From the NCBI GenBank assembly GCA_009103225.1, contig RHPI01003156.1:226537-290536 (forward strand): DNA of 64,000 bases. The letters are read 5' to 3'. Under the pieces are notes generated by a model, which searched no databases, was not told the origin of the DNA, and saw only the letters and a list, made by a program, of their open reading frames with translations. Below are positions 22,978-35,249 of this stretch, piece after piece (position 1 is the first letter of the stretch; the number at the start of each line of letters is the position of its first letter). Source of the DNA: Chlorokybus atmophyticus (Eukaryota > Plantae > Mesostigma and Chlorokybus algae). Both the position numbers and the translations under genes were made by a program.

Positions 22978-25900
22978 CCTAAGAGCATTGTCGGTCTCTG
23001 TGTCGAGTGATTCCAGTTTGGACAGCGCTGTAATGAGCTCGTGCTCGCTGAGTGGTTTCGACCCCGCGCGCAGTTTGGCCACACGTCTGGCGGTGAGTAC
23101 GGCCGCAGCGGTGGCCTCAATGTCACCCGTTGTGTACCCCAACGACACCGTGCATAGCGTTGACAGGTCGAACGAGTACTCGGGCAGCTGATATCCCCCT
23201 CCCGCGCCGGCGGCGTAGCGCGATATCAACCCCGGCCAGATGCAACGCAGAGAGGCGTAGTTTGGAATCGGACACGGTATGTGCGTCTCGAAGAAGGACA
23301 CGAAGGCTTTGCTGTCTGAGGCCGATGCGCACTCGTATGGCCGCCGGCTTGCACCGACCACAACCACTCTATCTGTGGGCTGCTCAAATGGGATTGTTCT
23401 TGTCAGAACCACTACGCATGCATGTGTGCGTGCGCGTGCTCACATGTGGAGCTGCATGTGCCTATGCACAAGCACATGTGCGCATGCATGTGCGTGCCCA
23501 ACACGAGCGTTCGCACAGCTCACTGTTAGTTGCCCTCATATCACCTGTAGTGCAGAAACTTCCTTTAGGAGATCCTTCTTGATCCGTGAGGGAAGTTCGG
23601 CGAGCCCATATGCACGGGCCTTCTTCTTGTCGCTTACAAACACCTGCGCACGCATCTTTATAACAACAATGGAGCACACGCAGTGCAAGGAGCACACATG
23701 CAAAGCCCAAATGCCGGCTCTTCAAGCTGAGCCCCCGCACCCTCTCGGCATCGTTGATGTAGATGATGGACGGCGCCATGGCCTTGGCGACCTTGAACAC
23801 GATGTGCAGCATCATAGTGACAGTCTTGCCACTGTACTTCCCTGCACACAGTACAACAACACGCGTGTCACACAAGGCGCACTTGCCAAAGAAGACCGCA
23901 ATTTCCTCCCTCCCAGTCCACCACAAACCCACCATTGGTACGTGCGGGGCTGATGTCAAACACGGCTGCTGCAGCCTCTCTTGCTGCGCCCATAGCGAGT
24001 AGCGACTTCCCCGTGCCTTGTGCGCCATACAGCAACACCGCTCGCGGTCTTGCTGCAGCTGGCAGCGCCGCGTGGGCTTGTGGAGACAAACCCAACGGTA
24101 GCGACACGCTCTGCGCCACGGCCTGGCGCACCTGAGCCAGGGCGAGGTCGGGGAGCGTGCCGGACTTCTCCATGACGGAGTGGATGAAGGCGGGAGCGCC
24201 GAGGTAGTGCGCGAGGGAGGGAGGACCCGAGGAGAGTGTCACAGGGAGACGCACCACGAGTCCCGCCGACACGAGCTCCGCGTACAGAGACTCGATGCTG
24301 CGGTCGTGCGTCGGGTCCTTCTTACCCTTTTTGTCCTTCTTGCCGCCCTTCTTCTTGCCGCCGCCCTTCTCTTTCTTTTCCTTCTTCTCCTTGGGCTCCT
24401 TCTTCTCCTTCTTCTCCTTCTTACCTCCGCCCTCCTTCTTGGCCCCCTTCTTCCCCTTCTTCCCGCCGCCGCCCTTCTTCTTCTTGGCGTCCCTCTCCGC
24501 GGCTACCATCTCCTTGAGGTTGTTCAGCAGCACGCGCATCTCGTCATCCACCTCACGACGCATCTCCTCAAACACCTCGGGACGCATCTGAGCCTTCACC
24601 ATCTCCGAATCAAAATGCTGCACACAATCGAGTCAGTACATCATCGTGTGTACAACACCAACACCAACACCAACACCAACACCAACACCAACATTACCTG
24701 GGCGAAGTTGCTGGTCTCGTCTTTGCTCTCCCACACAGACGAGTACCGACTGAGACTCTCTTGCAACGGGGACACGAAGCCCGCGGTGATGTTCTCCTCG
24801 ACAACGGGTGCCTCGTCCTTGTCCTTGTCCTTGTTGGCGCCCGTGCCTTTTGCGTTGGACCCACTCTTGCCCCCTGTTTTGGTGTTGGCAGTAGTAGTAG
24901 TTGTGGTCTCACCCTTGGCATCCCCCTTGTCGTCTCCCCCCGCCTTGCCGTCCACCCCACCTGCGCCCTCCTTGCCCTCGCCGGTCTCGTTCGGGAAGAG
25001 GATCGTGCGGGACCCGCCGGCCTCCTCGCTCGGGAGGGAAGGCATCACGCCCGTCTCGGGGTCGTTGTTGGCAGAGAGCCTGAGAGAGAGAGAGGGGATT
25101 GCGTGTCAAGCGGTGTACAAGTGATGGTGAGCAATGTGTAAAATGGGTTAAGCCTACCATGCGTTGATCTTGTCTTGTATGGTCTCGCGCATGTCCTGGC
25201 CCTCGGTGTCACGCACCTTCTGCTTCAGGGTCTGCAGGGCCTGATCGTACTCCGCCTGATGCTCCACCTGTACGTGTACGTGTTTGTGGGTATATTGACT
25301 CTCTCAGACTCTCACTTTACGTTCAACCCCTCGTGTTCGTCATTGTTGCACTTGCCTGTATTTGCTTGCGGCGTGCGCGGTTGGCCTGGTCCTTTACTAA
25401 GGGGTCCGTGGCGGGGTCCCGCGGCTTGTGTTTCATCCCGATGAAGACAAGCTCCACGGACGACATCTTGCGCGTGCGCGCGCGCGCAAGAAACCCCCTC
25501 ACACTGATGCACAAGCCGTCAGTATTCTGAAGTAGCGGCACCAAGCCACACGCAACCACAGATGCAATGACTACTCACGCCGACTGTATGCGCAGAGCCG
25601 CCTTCTCCGTGGTCAACGCGCCCTCCCCTCCCATCCGCTGCAGCCTGAGTTCTTGCTCTTGCTGCTCCCTGTGATGATGATGCATCAGTATGTAGTCAAT
25701 CGAGGATCGAATGAGTAAACCACTACCAGGCACACAGCCTTTACCTGATGTTTCGCATGATGCGCGCGCGCTCTCTTCCCTGGCGTCCCCTCTCATTGAG
25801 TTGTATCAGCCTGATGGCCTCATCCTCGCCCATCGGGGACGCAGACGCAGACGCGTGCTCCGCGTACGGCGCGATCGCGTACTTCTCGAGCAACGCCTCC

Positions 25901-26723
25901 TATGGCAAAAGACAGATGAGGACATGTATGTGTTCACAAGGTTTGTTGAGCGATGTCCGCTGTCTTACGAGCAAGCGGTCCCGGGACTCGAGCTCCTGCG
26001 CCCTGTCTTCGATGTAGTATCGCGGGATGGGGATCTCGAGCACGTCGGGAGTCAGCTTCAAGTCCACCTGTGTGTGTGAATGGGCGTGTTGGTGCATGCA
26101 CATGCGTGCGTGCGTACGTGTGTGCGTGCGTACTTGCATAAGCAGGTTGAGTGCAGGGCGCGACGTTATGATGTACTACACATGTGCTTACCAGCAGGTC
26201 GTCGAGTTGAACAAAGTCGTTGCCCTTGTTGAGGTGAATCATCCACTGGGCGGAGAACAAGCGTTGGTGACCACGATGCAGAGCACCTTAGCAAGCAATA
26301 ATCAAGAGCAGTGCATGCAAATAAGTCTCACCGCTCTGACTTCTAGCATCCTGCCAATGGCGGCTTCGAGTGCGACCTTGATGTCCTTGCGCTTTTGGGG
26401 GTGCACCATCTGAAAGACGCACAGCATGTTCACAACACGTCTCCTCTCACAACTGCCAACAACAGACAAAGATCACCCCTGACCTGATCGTAAGCGTCCT
26501 CCAGCTTGCGCACAATCTGAAGGTAGCGCACATAGATGCACGCAAACTCCGGCAGCGTCTGGGACGAGGAGTTATGTCAACGAGACGGAGTCACCATCAC
26601 AACCGCATGCAGTCATTGGGAACTGCTCACACCTTGGGTGAAAGAAACTGGTGCTGCGGTGCCTCCGTCTCCATCTGGTCCGCGAGGTCCGTCATCGCCT
26701 CGCGCCAATGACGGTCGTACGTG
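22978..26723 (-). CDS. DRC11: Dynein regulatory complex subunit 11 / IQ and AAA domain protein (first coding exon and last exon not located)
   Basis: STYDRHWREAM, YVRYLQIVRKLEDAYDQ-MVHPQKR, IQ motif AALRIQSA, Lys-rich tract, KDPTHDRSIESLYAELV, Walker A LLYGAQGTGKS, and MLHIVFKVAKAMAPSIIYI. Confidence 0.9.
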
Positions 26724-27584
26724 CTGAACCCAGAACTCTATTTTATCAAAATGGTATGCTTGATTGCGTGTTCTATTGATGTATGCTCCCGTATACGTTT
26801 ATACAACACGTTACGTGTATGCTGATCGTCTGTGGATTGATGAGGAAAACTGCTGGGTTCGAATAGAAGCAAGTGCATTTATGTGATATCATCCTGTCAA
26901 GCACAACATGGATGTTGTTAAAAAAAGTGTATCCGGATGTTTTTGGGCAGCCAGCCAACCATGGATGGTTGTTTGTGCAATGTGCCGTTGTCTTGACAAG
27001 GACCCCCCTCTTGCTGATATGTCCGTGATCTCAAGCTTGAGATACGACAACAGAAGCCGCAGACACGTGAATGGGAGTCGCTTACACGTTCGCCATGGCG
27101 TGCGTGTCGAAGAAGGAATGTCAATGTCAAGCGACCAGCGCACAATCAGCGTTGTAGGTGTTGTTGACAGCGATGATGATGCCGAGAGGAGTCCCTTCTC
27201 CTCCTTTCTGCCTTTCTGCGTGTCAATCACCCATCAGGACTCCCAATCAGCAATTAGTCCGCCCTCGCCGCCTCCCAGGCCAGCCATACCATACCACCGC
27301 TCACGTGACTAGCGCCGCGCCGACGCTCGTTCGTATCAAGACCGTGCGGCCGTGCGGATCCACGGAAGCAAACACGGAAGGAAGAGGGAGCAGCACGCGT
27401 TGTATCGTCGTACACACGTGACAACTTGACCGCATCAGATCAGGCGGAGCGAGTGCTCCTCCTCCTCCTCCTCCGGTGGCGGTGCCAGCGTGGACGTCGT
27501 CGTCGGCCGCTGGCGGGTAGATCTCATCAAGGAGGAGGGGGCTAGGTGAGGGCAGGTCGTACTGGTGGGTGGAGAAGCTGTGCT

Positions 27585-28883
27585 ATGGCGGCCGCAGCCG
27601 CAGCCGCAGCGGCCGCCGCTGCGGCAGCGGCGGCGGCCGCGACAGCCAGGATCATCCGTGGCGCAGCAGGAGGAGGAGGTGGATGGGGCGGCGGCGAGGC
27701 CGTGGTGCCCTTCGACGTGCACAGGGTTGTGGAGGTGGCGCTGTCTGCCGAGAAGGCTGCGCTGGAGAGGCGGGAGCAGGACGTCGTGGCCGCCCAGGGG
27801 CGGATGGTGGCCATGGTCAAGGAGCTGGTGGCCAGGCTGCAGGGGGCGGAGGCGGCGGCGGCGGCGCTGCAGGCGAGATGCGACGAGAGGGAGGCTGAGT
27901 TAAAGGCGGCGGCGGACAGGGCAGAGGACGCCCGCGCACGCCTCGTCGCGGACGTCGCCCGCCTAGGCGCCGAGCTCGACCGCGCATCCACTCGCGCAGA
28001 CCTTGCTACCCGCCAGCGCGACGACGCCGTTGCCGAGCTCGCCAAACTCAACAGCAACAACAGCAACGGCGACATTCCCAGCACCAGCAACAGCGGTAGC
28101 GACACTGCTGCTGGTGCCGCGCGCAGTGGCGGCGGAAGCGTGCAGGTGGCGAGGCAGCGCGTGAGCCGGCTTGAGGGCTGGCTGGCGAGCGCGCGCAAAG
28201 GGTTTGAGGACTCCGTCGCCGCAGGAAAACCCGTATGGGACATGCACCACCGTGCCAAAGAGGTGCGCTTGCTGACCTGTGTCGCGCGCAGCCAACTATG
28301 TTTTACAACCATGTGAAACGTGTCAGCGTTGACGAACCTGAGTGTTTGGGGCTTGTCTCCCTGCAGTTGGAAGCAGAGCTGGTGGAGGCCAGGGCGAGCC
28401 TATCTGCAGCAGAGGCCGCAGCACCACCACCAACATCATCATCATCAGCCCCGACTGAGACCTCCAGCGCTAGCGACGTATGTGCAATACTTCATATTGT
28501 GGCTTGTATTATGCCAAGGCTAATGCAGAATGCATGAGACACGTACATGTGGTGCTGCGCAGTCTGCGAGGGTGAAGGAGCTTGAAGCGGCCCTGGCGCA
28601 GCTGCTGGAGGAGTGCGACGCGGCGATGCAGGAGTTGGGCCGTATGGAGCAGGAGGCCGAGCGCCACGTCGCCACCATCGCGCGCCTCGAGGCTGAGCTC
28701 GCTGACGTGCGCAGCGGCATGCAGCACTCCACGCGGGGCCATCGTGTCATGCCGCCATCGCCGCAGCGCCTGCACGCGGCCACCTCGCCCACGGGGACGT
28801 ATGGCATGAATTATGCCATGCCCACGGTCGGGGCGAGAATGCCGCGCATCAGCGATGTACAGGAAACATTGAGCACAGAGTGA
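27585..28883 (+). CDS. Uncharacterised coiled-coil protein (multi-exon; true start may lie further upstream)
   Basis: GC3-rich frames with heptad-like E/A/R/L composition (27585-28262, ~28368-28478, ~28562-28883), separated by GT-AG introns. Poly-Ala N-terminus. Confidence 0.6.
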
Positions 28884-29217
28884 CAGGGGCTGGACCAACA
28901 ACCCACAAGCTTGTTGGGTGTAGGGGACCAAAATGACAAATGGTGTGGCCTGTCTACTGTTGATATGTGCATTGTGCTGATGCTGGCTGCTGACTGCAGT
29001 AACTCAGCGACCGTTGTGTACTGTGCGTCTGTACTGTACATACACGATGCACATCGACGCTTTTGGCATAAGGCAACATCCTGTGGCAAACGTCTCACAA
29101 ACACAAGAGCCATATCACTGTTAGACTGGTCAATGGCATCCTTACATACAAGCTGCATCGCATATACACAATCCGCATTCTATACAATGTTGCCATACAT
29201 AGCCAACGGTCTGGCTA

Positions 29218-32200
29218 CTATGTTCCTGTACTACCGCCGGGGGGTTGCTGGTCAGAGGGCGGGGCCACAAAGTCCTTGATCTGCGTGAGCAGATTGAGCA
29301 AGTCGGCCTGGTACTCCTCCCCATGTTCTGCATTGCCACTGCCAGCAACGACAGGAGCACCTGACAACAGCTGTGCAAGAGGCGGCGGTACAAGAGAAGG
29401 TTGTGCGGGTGGAGGACGAAAGCTGTACTGACCGGGTGGATTATGCCGCCCCAGTGGGAACAACATCTCCGGCGGCAGCGTGGGTAGATCCTGATCTGGA
29501 TCCGACCTGAAAACAGACTGCGGCCTGCGAGCGGATGATAACGTCGGTGGCGATGGCGCTGCTCGCCAGTCACCCCCGTCGCCGCTCTCACGCCGGCGTT
29601 GCTGTTCCTGCTGGAACGCTCGGCGCGGATCAACTCGCGGATGCAATGCTGTCGCTGTTGTTGGCGGCATACGTCGTTGCATCGGGTGGGGTTGGGGGGA
29701 AGGAGCGGCGCTGTCTCCCCATCCCGGGGGTCCCCCCCATCCAGGAGGCCCGGACTCCCGCGTATCATAGCTGGTGCTAACAGTTGCAGGAGGTGGTGCT
29801 CTGTGTGCGACAGCTTGGGGCCCTGCTCGAAGGCCGTATCGTGGCTGGGAGCGGGGCCCCACATCATAACCACCAGGGTGTGCGTCATCCATTGCGGGCT
29901 TCAACATCACCTTCATTAAACAGTCGTTGACCTTGCAGCCCCACAATTCCTCGCTGTCTTGAACATTGTCCAGCGCATGCTGTGCCTGTTGTAGAGACCT
30001 ACAAACAATGCACATGGCTACTCAAGATCGTGAACAATAGTGACTATTGTTGCCGGCCTGCAGTGTGTTGCACCCATGATAAACAAATTAACCGCACAGT
30101 GCTCACCCGAAGGTGACTGTGACACGGGCATGTCTCCTATCAGCCCGGATGCCATCAGTAGGAATGTCACCAAAGCGCGTAAACCTTGAACGAACTTGGT
30201 TTTCTCTAATCATCGAAAACTGGTCCGGAAACCTGCCAGACATGCAGGGCTCACTACAATTCACCAAACAAATCACATACCACTGTATAATGACTTACTG
30301 TATGATGAGGACAGCCGGAGGCCCCTCAGCGGCGGTTTGTGCACCCTCTACACGTGCTTTCTTGGGAATACGACTCATACGACCCAAAGGAGTCACGTCA
30401 GTGGGTGGCCCCTCTGGCGCAAAATAAGAACGGTCTACCACTTTCCGCTTCTGACCTGCAGCTGCACAGAGCCATGTTTGCATCTCCTGGTATGCTACAC
30501 GCTCTAACAGCTACTTGCAGTGCTCACACCTGCAGCAGGTGAGCGTTCAGACGCCAGGGGAGGCACATCTTCGTCGCTTGTGGAGGCCGCCTTGGCTTTG
30601 GCCCTGTCTTGGTCGCGCTTGGCGATAACATCAGCAACTCTGGCCTTCACGCTGGGCTTCGGTCTGAGTATCTTCTTGACCTTGGTGGTGGTGTCCTTGT
30701 CAGAGTCGCTATCTTCTGAGGGGCTGGACACATCGCTATCGCTGTCCTCTGCATCAGACTGCGACCGCTTCACTGCAACGGGAGCTGACTGTGCCAGCTT
30801 TGCTTTCAGCGGTATCGCTCTCGTCTTCTCCTCCTCCTTTGCCGTTACATGCTTCTCTTCGGGCACAACCTTGCTCTGCAACCAAGGCCACAACAACTAA
30901 GTTGAGTGAATGCAAAGCCCCTGCAGTTCCAACATCAACTGTGCTGCATCAACGGCGGTAATAGACTCACAAGGAGGTGAGGTGCTGGCGCGGGGGCTGG
31001 TTGTGGCTGTGCCACTTGTTCATTCTGAGGGCTGGGCTGAGATTGTAGCTGAGGCACTTGGCCTTTGGCATACGCATGCTGCCGGAAGCGGAGAAAGGCT
31101 TGGAGGTCCCCTATGTCAACATCATCAAGGCAAGATGGCGAGCGTCCAAGAGCCTGTATCGTGCGTACAACTCTTGCCAGCTGCTGGCGCTCTTCTGGTG
31201 TCGACTCCCTCCTGCACACCTCTACATGTTAGCGACAGAAGCACTTCAGCCATATAGCAGGCATGTACCAAACCAACTCACCTCACTGGTGTGCTTGGCA
31301 CTGCCTCAACAGGCAGTGCTTCTGCAGCCTGGGCCTCCACCTTCTCCTGCCTAGCCTTTACCTCGTCAGCCTTAGGTTCGGAAGCGCCGGCATCAACCAT
31401 GGCATTGACGGCAGCGGCCGCATTGGCAACAGCAGTGCCAGTTGCCTGGTTGGCAGTTTCGGCTTCCTTAGCTTTGACTCGTTCTAGTCTTTTGTGCCGA
31501 CGCCTTTCTTCGACTTCCTGTGCCAGCAATTTGGATCAGCCACTTTGAGAAGGAGGCAACGAACATGCTTGCACACTACAACTACATGCACCATATGGCT
31601 TTGCTCCCTGCGCTCCTCCTTTGCCTTCTCCTTGGCTTCCTGCTTCCCTTGCAATCTTTTGGCTTTCAGCTCTGCTCGCTCCCTTGCCTGATACAGCACA
31701 TACTTTTAGCATTAAGGTGCAGGAGCACCGGCAGTGACAAGCAGCAATCGACATCAAGCAGTACTCAGCAATCCCACACCTTGTGTTGTCTCTTTTCCTC
31801 CTTGCGCTGCTCTTTTCGCTGGGCGCGCACCTCTTTGCGTTCATCTGTCGTCAACTTTGGCTCCTGAGCAGCCTGAACAGACACTCACCTCAATATTCAA
31901 CGCAAAGATACGGCGAGTTGTCGTATCACGGTACTTAAGTGCAAGAAAAGCCTTCCACTTGGAAATACTACAACCTTGAGTGAGGGCGCTGCTTCAGCAA
32001 TGCTGTCCTTCTTGTGCTTCTTGGCAGTATGGTCGACCTTTTCCTCGTCCTTGTGCTTAGCATCAACTGCATGCTTGCGCTTCGCAAGTTTGGTTTTCTC
32101 GGGCTCGGGCTCAATTGCCACCACTTTGCGCATGCGCATGCAAGTTGCTGCCAGCTTCCGCCTCTCATCCGTTTGCAAGATCTCCGTAGGTCTCCTGGCC

Positions 32201-33446
32201 AACGCCCTGCAAAGGTGAAACAAACAATATGGCTGCAAAGTTCAAATACAAGTCAACGACATGTGTTGACATATTAAACAAACGCCACCACTTACCTTAG
32301 AAACGCAAGAGCCTTGTCAATGTGGCGCAAATCAAAGGCATTGTCCGCTGCTGTGGCATACAGCTTCCACCCACAGTCGATCTCGTCATCATCCTCGTCC
32401 TCCGAATCCGGAAAGACGCCAAAAGATGGCGGCAACCCCCTTGCCAACCTTTCAGACTCCTGTTCAATGAGGCACACTGATGAAAACAACAGCTAACTCT
32501 TGGATCAGCGACAGTGCATGACACTACACACACCGCACTATGCACACCTTTTTGGCTTCTGCGACAGCTTTGGGGAAGTTCTTGTTTGTGGAGATCTGCG
32601 TAGCTTTGGCACTGAAGTTGGGCACGAGGGGAATGAGGTCATCAACACGGCACCACGCAAACGTCCCGTCGCCGAAGAAGGTTATCAGGTGGCTCCCCGA
32701 CTTTCGCATTCTCCGAGCCGTGGTCGATGCCTTTGCAGGGTCATACACCTGCGCAATACAGAACTTTCACACTGTCAAGATCAAGGTGTGCAAGACGTGC
32801 AGATTGCGCCATAACAATTTGGACTGCTCTGCTGTATGAGGGGAGTGACGACATGGCGCCAAGTTTTAACATGCATGCTCTGCAACAGTTCCTGCCTACT
32901 CATTTGGGCAATAAATATGGCAACTGCCGCTGTAACTGCTATGCAGCTGGCACCAAAAACTCCCTGTCAATGTTTGCGTGAATGCTGATTCAGAGCACGT
33001 GGCAGCAATTGCATGCCTATTACGTAGCTCAATGCATACCTAGTGCTTTGGGCATGGAACAGAAAATTCTACTAACTGCTGTGCAGCTGGCACCGAATTC
33101 GTAGACAATGTTTGCGTGGATGCTGATTCAGTGCACTTGGCAGCAATTGCATGCCTATTACGTAGCTCAATCGTCCCAACGACAAACGTAGTGCGCGTGT
33201 GGACTAGTAATGAGCTTGGACTGTGCAACAGTAACGCCCTAACTGCAGACATTGCAGCATACATACACGCAACAGCAATGCGTGCATGCCTAGACAACGG
33301 GTGCTGGTAAGAGACGGACGACCCACCTGGCCTGGCCACCAGGGGTGCGTCTTGATCTTGGCCCAGACGAGGTCGCCGACCTGCAGAGGCGCCGACAGAC
33401 GCACCTCGCCTCCTTCATTCCGACTGTGTGCGGCCCCGGATGCCAT
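29218..33446 (-). CDS. PWWP-domain chromatin protein (multi-exon)
   Basis: LQVGDLVWAKIKTHPWWPGQ, next exon MYDP...LITFFGDGTFAWC...LIPL, then K/E-rich and P/Q-rich exons ending ...PGGSTGT*. Confidence 0.85.
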
Positions 33447-33482
33447 GGCTCCCCTTGCTGCTCCTCCCGCCTTCAGGCCCTC

Positions 33483-33491
33483 AAACCCTAA
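33483..33491 (+). promoter_or_regulatory. Telo-box (AAACCCTAA) just upstream of the PWWP start codon
   Basis: Exact AAACCCTAA 37 bp from the ATG at 33446. Confidence 0.5.
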
Positions 33492-35249
33492 CCCGAACAT
33501 GGACTTGTGCCTGCTTGCCGCATGCGCTGACACAAAGTTCTGTGCAATAGTTGACTGCTTCGTGTCGTGCGCGCCTGTGGTTGCCGCCCGGGGTGTCTCA
33601 GCGACGCAGATCGACTAGACACGGCGCACCAGTCGGTCACGGCGGCCGCCGCCGCCGTCTCCGACACGGCCTGACGCTGGTCTGAGGTGCTTGCATTTAG
33701 TCATACATCGAGGGCGGCGAATGTGAGTCGCTTTGTTGTAAGGCTTGCAATCGGCAATGTAATGGCTATAAGTATGCTGCTTTGTATTAGCAAAGCATCG
33801 TACTTATAGCACAACCACGGGCTCCATGTTGATTACACACAGTGCAATACACACGCATTTTGGTATTGTAATGCACCGTGATTGACTCGATGGTAAATGC
33901 TGCATGGTTTATGCTAAGGCGTTGTCCATGATGACTTACGGGCCATTATCAAGCTTGATATTAGAGACATCATCCCCGAGTCGGGGCCCCTGACCATTAA
34001 CAGTCATGCGCCGTATATTACGTAACCTACCAGCGACGTACTGAATCTGCAAAAGATTTTCTGTTTGACATATGCTTTATATCAATATTGTGACCATACG
34101 ACTGCACATTTACGCCATATTTCTGCTGTGCTTACTTGCAATGATTTGTTGATCATACAACATGCATGTTGTAATGTATACAAGGGGTGCACATAAGCAC
34201 AACAGTAATATCAATAGTGAACACTTGCGCATGTGTCCAAAGATTTACACCACATCTACACGTACTTTGCATAGACAAATTACCAAAGTGTACAATGCTG
34301 ACTTCTGGCTGCAATTTATATAATACACATAATGCACATAATGTAGCACGCGTTGCATGTGATACGCGTCACTCCTTACAGAGCAAAAAGATTCTGATTA
34401 TTTATACTTAAACGCACCCTTGTAACAGTACTAGTTGTTTATTGTGCAATCAACCCATACAACTATTCGCGAATCTTATGCTTGTGCGAAGTTGGTCATG
34501 AAAGGGGGGCCTTCATATATTATAACATTGCAATCCGTTATGCCATGCAAAGACCATTGCATCCGTAATGCATACACTATGCGTTGCGCACGTCACGCAA
34601 CAAGCTCGAAGGAGCTAAGGAGCTAATGACACATCCGAGAATTGGAAGCACATGCCTTGTAGATATTATGATCGCAACCGCCAAGCAACTAGCCATTGCC
34701 TCGCCGGCGCCACGTGCGCACTTTAGCAACACACTGGACCTGACATCAATTTCACGTTGCGGGCAATGCTTGCTCTGCTCCCATTGGCAGTGTGCAACAA
34801 CCTTGAGCCAGGCAGGAGGTGCGTGATAGCCTACAAGTCGCATCTTGGGCGATGACTCGCACGCAGGGGGGCATCATGTTGATGCCGAGCAACGGCCGTG
34901 CTGCTACGTACCATGCAGAAGTATCAGCGCTGACTACTAACTTCGCGCGTACCTCTCTTTGAGGTTGCACACCACAACCTCTTGAGCATTGTGGTACTGC
35001 TGCTGCAGTAGTACGCGTCGTACAACTTTCGCAAGAAGGTGGCTGCGTGCATGGTACAATACATGCGAACGAACGCAAGTGCACGTTGGATGTAAACGGG
35101 TACGGGCCCTGCAATGGCGTCGTTGGTTTGTTGAGCATTTAGAGTGAGAAGTGGATTCTGCTACCCTTCTGGTTGTACTGCAGCGTGGACGTCTGTCATG
35201 GCGCCGTCGTCGCTGCTGGTGTACACCAGACACACCACCAGCAGCGCCT

